A stretch of DNA of 20,000 nucleotides, taken from Psammoneis japonica (Eukaryota). The position numbers and the translations under genes were made by a program. The notes beneath the pieces were generated by a model. The model saw only the letters and a list, made by a program, of their open reading frames with translations. It was not told the origin of the DNA and did not search any database. This document shows, in pieces, positions 1 through 9,128 of the stretch (position 1 is the stretch's first letter; each line of letters opens with the position of its first letter). Where the stretch lies: NCBI GenBank assembly GCA_008632985.1, contig QPGO01000098.1:294053-314052 (forward strand), given 5' to 3'.

Positions 1-2
1 AA

Positions 3-3000
3 GCGACGGCGCATGAGCCAGCGACAGTCGCTCAGTCTGGAGAAATGCTGTGCTCTGTTTGTCCACCAATCGGGCCAGTGGATCACTACATTGAAGACTT
101 TGTCAGTGGAGATGACATTGGACTGGTCACACGTGAGTGTGAGCTTGGAACTTGTCCTGGCCCCTGTCCCTCTCACGGCCACATTTGTGTGACGGGAGAG
201 GGCAACCGAGAGTGTGGAAAATGCGGAAAGACGTTTTGCCTGATGTGTGCAGTTAGAAACGAAGACGAATCTGGAAGCACCGACGTGGTGTGTGTCCCTT
301 GTCTTGGAGCCACAACAGATTCTGTAGATCCTGTGTCCAAGTTGTCAGAGAATGCATTGCGGGAGGCGCCAAGCGACAAAATTGAAGTGCCGGCTGACAT
401 GCCGATGGCGGATCTCCAGGAACTGTACATTGGCATTGTGGAGGGCGACTCAATGGACTCTTTGGATTCAAAAATGTTGGAGCAAGTGCGGCATCCATTG
501 TGCCACCCAAGAGCACTAGATTCGAATGAGAAAGTGTTGGATTTTGTGGCTGATTTTGACTTTCGAGATGGCGCTCGCTTTCTTCGTGATCGTGATCTCA
601 CCTGCATGCAGCGTTGTGGTGTCATGAACCTGTTGGCAGACCTTGTCACATTTGGGAAGAACAAAAGCTTGCCAAAGCATGCAGAGGTGCTGCCATCACT
701 TATCTCAAAATTCGCAAGCGAAGCAAGAGTCGACAGCGGAGAGCGTTTGATGAAGCGCTGCGCATGACACGCTCTCGACCCGAAATCGCCATCAATGCTC
801 CATGCACATGGCAGCATGATGGAGCACAATGGAGAAATGGGCCTCACAATGCATGACAAAATGTCACCATCGTTCAAGGATGGCATGTGTGCCGTGTCAT
901 CGGCATTTGCTGCATCCGATTTGTTGGCCAACAGATGCGAGTGTAAAGCTGGAGCGGAAAATCAGTCAGTGGTGGCAGAGGTTGGCGGGACCAGCACCGA
1001 CGATGCGGGAAAGCACGTGTGTGTACACTGCCTTCCGGTGCCGTGTAAGGTCACAATTCTTTTGATGGATGGTCTGGCAGAACACGCTCTTGTTGAGTTC
1101 TCGTCGTGTTTTGGCTGTCACGAGGAAAACAGCCCAGATGTTTCGGACAAAGAAAAATTGAGAATGTCCATTCTAACGCTGATGGATGCCGCCAGTTTTA
1201 AGAGTGCCGATTCTCTCCAATCGAAGTCGCCACATGAGCTGCTGCAAGCATTCGCGGTTGGTGCAGAGAGGGGCAAGAACAAGCTGCCCGACCCACCTGA
1301 CCCTGAAAAGTTGGGGCCAATGCGGAACTTCAAAAGAGTTTCACCAGAGGAAAAGGCAAAAATGGCATTGAAGATGAAAGAAGAAAAGACGGCAGCATCA
1401 ACCACGAATGTGGCAAATGAATCGGACACCTTGCCCGAACCAGATCATCTGACAACATCGCGGCTGTGCCGCACCTTCGCCAAAGTTCTCGCTGACAACA
1501 AAAGCTTGGATGAGACAATGATTGTCGGGCATCGTTTGCTTGACCTGCGTGCAAAGAAAGTTGGTGCAACTGATGCTGCCATTTCTTTGGTGGATGCTGG
1601 GCTAAGGCCGAGGGTCAAACAACTGTTCCAAGCAGCAAGAACCCGTGTGGATCCACGAACAAAAGCAGCAGAGGCAAAAAGGAAACTCGCAGCAGAACAT
1701 TCGGAGGAATCAGAGTTGCAACTGGAGGCGCAACCAAATGATGCAACGGAATCATCAAATGAAACAAAGCGTCGGGTGTCGAAACACCCGGCATCAAAAA
1801 GCACCCGTCGCTGCTGCTGCCAAAACTGCAACAACAACATTGCCACTGGTTCCAAGATTGTGCCGCCTGTTCCTGCCAAACCACCGGTGGGAGCCAGTCG
1901 CAACAGATGGATGACGCACTTCAAGAAACGGTTTGATTGACATGAATTTCTGCGACGAATCGGCGCAGATGAAAACGACTCATGCAAAGATCTCAGGATC
2001 TGCCTCTGCCACCCAGTGGAAACGACCACAAAATCTTTCACCGTGACGACACCAGCATTGACACCAGTTTCGTCACCACAAGGCGGAGAAGACGAGTCGG
2101 ACCATGAAAATGGCGAGTTAGAAAAAGGAGACGGTGCAGATGGGGAGAAAAAACCGACAGTGTTTTCCAAACGTGCTGCATTTGAAGGCCTGCCTGTTCC
2201 TTTGGGCGCCAAAAGCAACCGATCCGAGGCATCCCCTGCCACAACTTCTAAAGGGGTGGGAGAAGTGCGACAAATGGTGCGCTTTGCTGCTTTGGATCAC
2301 AAAGTTGGAGAAGAGGCTGTGCGAAATGAGTGTCTTGCTGTGCAGCAACGCACGGAAATTGAGCCGGGTGAACGAACCAAAATGATGGAAGAGGTCCATC
2401 CACATCTCCAGCAGTCCACAGGACCAGACCAGCACATCAAGTCGCCACCAAAGAAGAAGAGAGCCACCGAAATGACCAAACCTTCAAAGGGCAAACCGTC
2501 GACTGCCACTGTTCCGCCTGCAGTTGATCCTCACCCCATTTCGACTGCTGACGTTCAAACTCGCTGTGGGTTTGGATCCTTGTTGTTGCTGCTTTGTTTC
2601 ATTGCGGTTGTTTGCAATGGTGACATTTCTGCAATGATGAAAACAACAACAAGATTGAGTTGGTTTGAAGAATGGTTTTTTTTCTTTGAATTGCTTTGGG
2701 GGCGGTCTCTGCATCGCTGGGCAGATGCAGAGCGCACATGCAAAATGCACCACAAATGTCTTCAGAGAACATTCAAACAAAAGCTTGCTCTTGTTAAGTT
2801 GGCAGCAAATCGGTGGCCGCGACGCGTTTGTCACGAGGAGGACGTGTCCCTGCGCTCTGAGAAATGGAAGGAACAGCACAGAAACAAGCGTGTTGCAATG
2901 TGGGACAATGCAAATGTTGATCTGATGGGGAAGCCTACAGATGCAGATTTGCAGCGACTCACGCACTCACTTCATTGCGGCGGGAACTTGTCAAAGGCGG

Positions 3001-3439
3001 CATCTTTCTGCAACTTTGTGGGTGGCTTGGCGGCTGGGAGCTTTGGCTGGGAGCGGTGTCAGACTCAGACTGTTTAGAGAAAAGTGGGCTGATGCAGCAC
3101 CAAGAACAATTTCAAAAGATGGACCCAACCTCCACGCTGTCTTTCACAAACATCTTGGACAAGGGATGCCGGTGTGTTTTGGCCGCGTGGCGAGGAGGGG
3201 GGCAGCTGCTGCTTCAGCCATTCTTTGCTAAAAGTGATGGAAAGTTTGCCAGCCGTGAGGTCCTTTTGTCAGGTGCAGTTGCCAGTGACAGGTCGGGGAA
3301 TGAGCGAGCGGTCAAGCAGATGAAAATGAGCAACTTGATTGCTGGCGGCATTCATCAAAAACAAGATCTGAACAATTTTGCTGATGTCTGGATTGCCTGG
3401 GGTTTCCAATGCAATTTCATGCATGAGCCAGTGCTTTAA
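3..3439 (+). pseudogene. Large multidomain transposase (over 1100 codons, 5'-truncated): Cys-rich finger, SWIM-like finger, THAP-like finger, helical/HTH region, DDE_Tnp_4 catalytic domain
   Basis: ORFs 45..767, 795..1940 and 2016..3077 share one frame, interrupted by TGA at 765-767 and 1938-1940 (both plausibly CGA>TGA). A 1-nt loss near 2988 moves into ORF 2975..3439. Motifs: CECKAG...HVCVH (936-1028), CCCQNC...RICLCH (1812-2012), WP...WDN..V...P..ADLQRLT[H]SL[HC]GGN..KGG, W.GAVSD, ILDKG[C], QPFF...KF..RE...VA.DRSGNERAV, giving the D-D-E triad WDN/DKG/NER. Confidence 0.85.
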
Positions 3440-3659
3440 AACAACTGCAGCATTTTCACTTTACCTTGTAGAAGCTAGATGTTTTGTTTTGTCTTGTTGT
3501 TCTAGACTCCACTGTGTCGTTTCTGTTGTTTCGTGCGGGGCATGCTGACAGCCAAGTAACCCGGAAAGCAACCGAGAAATTCGAAAGGCACAAAGTCCAT
3601 TGCACTCCCAACTGGGGTGTTCCTTCCCTGGCGAGACTGCGAATGGCGCCTCCAAGGGA

Positions 3660-3690
3660 ACGAGGGGGTGCCATGTGACGTCGCCCACCC
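3660..3690 (-). repeat. Candidate right terminal inverted repeat (minus strand 5'-GGGTGGGCGACGTCACATGGCACCCCCTCG...)
   Basis: GGG-starting terminus, as is common in PIF/Harbinger-type TIRs, about 250 bp after the transposase stop and coinciding with the compositional break. The partner TIR and TSD are not visible in the window. Confidence 0.3.
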
Positions 3691-3699
3691 AAACTCTCC

Positions 3700-4550
3700 A
3701 TCAACAGCACTCAGCTGAAAGCCAGTGCAAATTGGGTTGTTGGTGCACACGTGTTGGAAAACAATGACAACCTTGAAAGAAAGGGGGTCACAAAAGCAAG
3801 CCATCATCTCTCAGCAGCGGCCACGCAAAAAACATTGAAACAGCAAGCTCAAGCTCATGGAAAGCTCATGCTGCTGCAGAGCCAATGACAAAAACAATGG
3901 CTTCATCACAGCACAAGCCAACAAAGGGTGCTGTCTGCCAGCACGGGTTTGTTGCCAGCTTTTGAAGAGCTGCTCCTGCACACAGCCCTGTGGCAAAAAA
4001 AACAAGTCACAAAACAGCAGCGCCAGAGTGATCTCAGCATGGCACTGTGCCACATTGAAATGATGTTGCAAGCTTTGGAGTTGTTGGCACCAGGGAAGGT
4101 GGCACATGAGTTGTCAGCATTGGAGCAGCAGCATGGCAGGCAGGTGGCAGGTGGTGCATCAGTGCATCAGCAGGTGGCATTTGAGTGCAGCGGGTGGCAC
4201 CTCAGCTTGTGGCGGCATTTGGAGCAGTCTTTGTTGGAGCAGCTGGCCAAAAGGTTTTTTGCAGTGAGGTGACAAGCTCCACTTCTTTGTCATCAACCAT
4301 GCTCACCTCACTGGCAATGAGAAAGCTGTCTGAGCACTCATCCACTGCTGGCAGGGATGTGCTCCAGGCAGCCCCGGGTGGAGCTCTCTCTGATGTGGGT
4401 CTGCAGAGAGCTCTGTGTGTGAGCTCTGCAGTTCACACACTGGGCAATGAATGTGTTTGTTTTCAAAATTTGAACAAACAACCACTCAACATTTTGGTGA
4501 CATTTGTGCATGCTGGCGCACCCTGCAGACACATCAAAGAGCTGCTTCAT
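3700..4550 (-). pseudogene. Degraded coding remnant of unknown function
   Basis: Protein-like frame with a Pro/Thr/Ala-rich linker followed by ...AAVL*LVFFATGL...EAIVFVIGSAAA*AFHELELAVS..., where the stops are TGA and can be read as CGA. Frameshifted; no family recognised. Confidence 0.35.
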
Positions 4551-4848
4551 GCAAAAACTGTGCAAAAAGTTGTTGAATGGATTGCCCAACAACTGTGCTA
4601 CAAACTGACACAAAATGTCACCAAAGTCATGCAAAAAAATGCATGTGCACAATGCACAACCTGTGGTGCACATGAAACAAAAACTCAAACTTGATTTCAC
4701 TCAGTGGAGTCGCACCTTTGCCCAGCAACAGTGGCGCTGGCTGGCCCACACTTCCAGCACACCCTCCTGGGGGTGAAGCAGAAGCTCATGCAGTCAGCCA
4801 GTCAATGTGCCACTTTGCAGTGACGCACACCAGAGACCACTTGTTGAG

Positions 4849-5930
4849 ATGAAGCTCTGCACAAGAATGAGGACATTGCTTTCTTTTGGAGAGAACACAA
4901 AGCACCCAAACTGCCACAGCAAAGGATGGTCACGTTGTTCAGAAGAGGATTCAAAGTTGGCACAAACTCTGAGAAAAAAACCTTGCTTCCAAGGATGGGT
5001 CTTGTCTTTAACAAAGACTGGCCAAGTTCCACATTTGCATGTGATGGAGCAAAAGCAAACAGCTCACTGCTTGCTGGCAAGTGTGGAAGAGGGGCCATTC
5101 AGGACTTCATGCAGGTGTTTGAAACAGGGAGCCTTGGCAACATGATGAGAAGGATGTTGGAAGAAACACTGCTCTCACACAGAAGTGACAGCAAATCTTG
5201 CACAGAAATGCCAATCCTTGCAGCAAATGGATGATTGTCCAGTGGTGCCAATGGTTTGTCCAAACAAACACACACAAGCACCACAGCAGGAACAGTGCTT
5301 TCACCACATGAAGTGAAGAAATTGAGCAGCCAGCAGGAGAAAAGGAAATTGTTGAGGGCTGATGGGTGTGGATGGAAGTTCATTGCATGGGAAACATTGT
5401 GGTTGTCAGTTGGTGTTTCTGAAGTGTGCAGAATTTGCACCAGATCCTGCACAGAAAATGCGCCCAATCTGCAAAAAATTGCCAAATGAGTTGACAAGCA
5501 TGCAAACCACAAGACATCAATGCCAGTCATTTTCCATTGGAAAGTGCTGCATTTCATCCTGAAATGAGGGGGCACCAATGTCAGAAGTGGCCAAAAGGGT
5601 TTCAGGGGACCCAGTGAAACACCATCTGAGAACACATGCAGGGGCTGTGAGTGGGCAGCTCATGTCAGGAAATGTGTGGTGCATGACCAAAACAATGCCA
5701 ATGTCACAACCCAGCAGTGTGAGGCCCCACTCAGAGCTGGAGACTGTGTGTTTTGGGACATGCAGATGTCATTTGCCGGGACAAGCTTCTGTGCCTTCTT
5801 GCATCCCATCCCTTGGTGGTGACACATGCAGTGCAGCAGGTCAAACAATTTTTTGGCACAGCACATTTCAAAAAAATCCTCTTCTCACCTTTTGCTTGCC
5901 ATTTTTTTCACTTTGTGAAGGTTGATGTGG
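4849..5930 (+). pseudogene. Degraded coding remnant of unknown function
   Basis: ORFs 4926..5234 and 5235..5489 are in one frame separated only by TGA, and the frame continues through further TGAs. No Tyr, excess Met/Cys/His. No family recognised. Confidence 0.35.
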
Positions 5931-6020
5931 AAAGTGCAGTTGGGCCTGCATTTGCTGGGAGGAGGTTTGCCCATGAAGAAAGGAAGGGGGCTGAAGCTGC
6001 CTCTGTTGGGGTGGCAACTT

Positions 6021-6138
6021 TGCATCAGCAGCAGCACAACCCACATTGGGGACATCTCTTCCAGCTGGCATTGAGTTGTTGCATCAGCAGCAGCACAACC
6101 CACATTGGGGGCATCTCTTCCAGCTGGCATTGAGTTGT
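6021..6138. repeat. Tandem duplication, 2 x 59 bp, one mismatch
   Basis: TGCATCAGCAGCAGCACAACCCACATTGGGG[A/G]CATCTCTTCCAGCTGGCATTGAGTTGT at 6021-6079 and 6080-6138. Confidence 0.97.
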
Positions 6139-6566
6139 TGTCATCAAAGCCATAAAAATCATTGCTGGTTGGACATGCAACATCGTCTTGAAGAATTGAC
6201 AAGTTTGCATGACAAAGCTGCTGGCAAGCCAGTGCCAGCCGGTGTGCAGTGTGACATTGAAGGGACACCGCCAGGCATCCCTTTTGCATTTGATGCTTTT
6301 GATTTGCACAGATCACATGCTTTCTTTTGAAACAGTGGCTTTTTGGTCTTTGCTGTGAGTGCATTGTGTGAAGATGCACCAGCTTTGTAAGTTCTTTCTT
6401 GGACTGCTTTTGGCCATGGGCCAGCACAGCACTGTGGACACAATTCCAAAAAAAAATCCAGTGGAGCAACTCCAGTGAAAAAAACAAATCCATGGCTCCA
6501 CATCAATGTGAAATGGAATCATTGTTTCCATCAGCAAAGCACAGAATGAGTCTTGCTTCTTGTGGC

Positions 6567-7102
6567 TCCAGTGGGTGATGGAGAACTCATGTCACTTGAT
6601 CATTGATCAGAGTGCTTGACTTCTGCAACCGGACAGAAGTGTCATTCTTCAAAAACTGCCATGTTGAAATGGAGTGCACAGAGAGATGCGATCTCTTTTG
6701 CATTTTCCTTTTCCAAACTGGAGAGTTTGTAGTCAACCAAGTGCACAGTGCATTTCATCCCTTTGCCCCACAGTGTGGCACCTTGGCAGTGTCAATGAGA
6801 AGATCATCACAACTCTCATTGGCCACCTTGCACCACTCCTGATCAATTCCAGTGGGCAACGGAGATCCCGCATCATTTGATTATTGATCAGAATGTTTGT
6901 CATGTGCAGTGGGGTGGAAACATCCTCATTCAAACTGCCAGAATCAAGAAAAGACATGGTGATGCAATCTCTTGCACTTTCCTTTTCCAGATTGCAGACT
7001 GCGCAATCAATCACACATCCACCGCATTCCGTCCATTTTGCCCGGCGGTGGCACCTCTGCACAATCAACAAGAAGATTGTTGCAATTGTCAACGGCCACC
7101 TT
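6567..7102 (-). repeat. Old diverged tandem duplication (period about 275-280 bp), probably a duplicated protein domain of a minus-strand pseudogene
   Basis: Colinear anchors in both copies: TCCAGTGGG (6567/6848), TTGAT.ATTGATCAGA, AAACTGCCA, GATGC.ATCTCTT, TTTCCTTTTCCA, GTGGCACCT, GGCCACCTT (6821/7094). Minus-strand translations share LEKE.A and RWP. Confidence 0.75.
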
Positions 7103-7331
7103 CATGCCCCTCCTCCAACCACTGTTTCTTGAGCATGATGACTCCAATGAAATCATCTGATTTTACAGCAGGCCTGAGTTTGGCTGCTCGCTCCCTTTCC
7201 GGCTGAGAATGTGATGCACACGCTGATTCACCTCGTCCAGGCCCAATGCTGTACGGCAGTAGAAGTTCGTTGGACAATTAAGCTGTCTCGACAATTAAGT
7301 AGATTAGCAAGAGAGTGATATATCATAATAT

Positions 7332-8690
7332 CTAGTGTCTCTGCAAGAATGAATGCTTTAGCAGCGTTTTGTAATGCGGGCGATCTCGTGGGGATATCTT
7401 TAGCATGGATTTCAAAAAGTCAACAGCTTGCGCCTTTTCCTCTTCGCTTACTCGGTCATTGTCGAGTCTCGGGAAAACTGTCTCTTCGCAATTCATCAAG
7501 AATGGCTTGAATTCTCGCTTTTCAATGTCAGATCGATCCAGGTCTACAAGATCTGCAAGGTCAAACTCTCCATCGTCGGCGTGACTGCTTACAGGAATCA
7601 TGACATTGCCTCCAATGTGTTCAAGCGTAGCTCGCATTCTATCGTAGTGTACTGGGGGATCTTGCTTGAATGACGACCCGTCGTCCCATGAACAAGGGAA
7701 ATATATTAAGCGAGCAAACAGAATGCCAATTGACCAGACGTCATATTGCCAAAGATTAGCGTATCGCAGCTTGACTTTTTTTCCATTCATGACCACGTGC
7801 TCAATCCAGGCTTCGGGTGGGACAATGCCAAAGTTGACGTCGATAGCATAGAAATCTTCATCCACAGTTTGGCCTGAATTCCAGTCAACAAGGAGGGCAC
7901 CGCCATCGCTCTTGTCATAAACAACGTTGGTTCTGACAAGCAAATCGCAATTGTTGAGACCAAGACCAATTGCGTAGTCCATTTGACTTAGAAGACTTCT
8001 CATAAACGTGCGAATTTGATGCAAGCTTCCCATGTATTCATCCTTGGTAACCCAGTCTGAAACAAAGTCAAGATGCGGCACGATGTGAACCACCAGTCGA
8101 TCTTCTTTGGCAAGACGCGTGGCTTGTTTTGTTGGCATGGAATTCCAAAACGTTCGAATCTTGTGTCTGCCACTTACAATGTTCTCTGTTGCGTTCAGTC
8201 CAAGAAAGGGATTTGTCACATTCCTGTCAGCAAACACCAGCTCCATTATTTTGTGCGTTCGTGCTGCCTCCTTATCTGCATTCAAACGTTCCATTGCATC
8301 AAGTTCGTACGTTGCATATCTCATATACCATGCAAGTTTGAGTAGCATTCTTGACGGTTCTCTTTCTTCTTGCTCCCACCACCACTTTGGAAGAGTTACA
8401 TCACAAACTAAGTTGACACCACCACGCGCGTAGTATTTACCAAGCACCAAGTCATCAAACTTCAATTCTCTTTTGCTTCTTGGTGCTTCTAGTGGCAACT
8501 TTTGAATCATTTCCTTTTGATACGGAAGATTGGATGCATCCATTGTGGTATTTCTGAGTAATAAAAATTGTGTCAGTTGTGAAAATATCCAGGCAACAGC
8601 CAAGAGCGTGAGATAACGACCGATTTTGGCACCAAAGAGACGGCTCTTCCTTTTCGCTGACGACGCCATGGTTTGTGCAAGCTTCGCCAT
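7332..8690 (-). CDS. Atypical Ser/Thr protein kinase-like protein with N-terminal signal anchor (452 aa)
   Basis: Intact ORF. Basic patch KRKSR then hydrophobic YLTLLAVAWIFSQL. Kinase subdomains: GKYYARGG, LLK, NCDL...N (HRD position), DWN (DFG position), PPE, DVWSIGILF, DFLKSMLKISPRDRP..LLKHSFL. Confidence 0.88.
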   Translation of the reverse strand: MAKLAQTMASSAKRKSRLFGAKIGRYLTLLAVAWIFSQLTQFLLLRNTTMDASNLPYQKEMIQKLPLEAPRSKRELKFDDLVLGKYYARGGVNLVCDVTLPKWWWEQEEREPSRMLLKLAWYMRYATYELDAMERLNADKEAARTHKIMELVFADRNVTNPFLGLNATENIVSGRHKIRTFWNSMPTKQATRLAKEDRLVVHIVPHLDFVSDWVTKDEYMGSLHQIRTFMRSLLSQMDYAIGLGLNNCDLLVRTNVVYDKSDGGALLVDWNSGQTVDEDFYAIDVNFGIVPPEAWIEHVVMNGKKVKLRYANLWQYDVWSIGILFARLIYFPCSWDDGSSFKQDPPVHYDRMRATLEHIGGNVMIPVSSHADDGEFDLADLVDLDRSDIEKREFKPFLMNCEETVFPRLDNDRVSEEEKAQAVDFLKSMLKISPRDRPHYKTLLKHSFLQRH

Positions 8691-9128
8691 TGTGGAACGC
8701 CGAAAATCAAAATGCAGATTTTTTTTTTGCTAAAGCGATCGACCGTCAATCCATCGTACGTTGAGACAAAAAGGCAAAAATATGGAGAAATTGGCATCCG
8801 AAATCTGTCTGAAACAAAGAAAAAGCGAGGAAAATGTTTGGAAACGCCAAAACCAAGGAGAAAGACCGTTGGGACGTGCCGTTGGCGATTCAACGGACGT
8901 CACTGCAGTCTTTGTATGCTAAATATCTCGAGATCGGTCGCCGGCAGAGTTTTTGAAACTCAGGAACGCCGGCCCAGCACGCGCCCACGCTGTCAAGCGC
9001 AAACGGCAAACGGTCTTATACACACACAACCAACGACCAACGAACACATTGAACGACCTCATATCGACCGGTACCCCCTGTCTGTTTACGCTTCCTTCGT
9101 GGACATTTAGTCCAGCACACCGTGCACC

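Larger units (their letters stand above)
1..3690 (+). mobile_element. Degenerate DNA transposon of the PIF/Harbinger-ISL2EU (IS5-like, DDE_Tnp_4) group; left end lies outside the window
   Basis: Carries the transposase pseudogene 3..3439. CpG-rich composition stops abruptly after ...GACGTCGCCCACCC at about 3690, which is the likely right boundary. Confidence 0.8.
3691..7250. other. Heavily mutated relic region depleted of both TpA and CpG, rich in TG/CA; remnants of several genes, possibly part of a larger element
   Basis: About 7 TpA in about 3550 bp (near 4599, 5009, 6153, 6388, 6730, 6882, 7164) and about 21 CpG in 3700-6900. Normal TpA density resumes at about 7252. Confidence 0.85.

Noticed and set aside
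765..1940. TGA read-through, selenocysteine or alternative genetic code in the transposase
   Set aside because: Both TGAs fit CGA>TGA transitions in a decaying element, and TGA is a normal stop in the SET and DNMT5 genes.
173..2966. Long antisense ORFs (173..931, 1445..2242, 2484..2966 and others)
   Set aside because: Shadows of the transposase frame, lengthened by the absence of TAA/TAG; no recognisable domains.
3811..5635. Convergent YqaJ exonuclease ORF of an ISL2EU element
   Set aside because: No YqaJ motifs found in the minus-strand frames, and the composition differs from the transposase region, indicating a separate origin.
6021..6138. CRISPR-like array
   Set aside because: Two directly adjacent copies with no spacers, in a eukaryotic context with no cas genes.
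1..7250. Classical fungal RIP or plain 5mC decay as the cause of the composition
   Set aside because: RIP enriches TpA, and 5mC decay removes CpG only; here TpA is lost even where CpG is retained.
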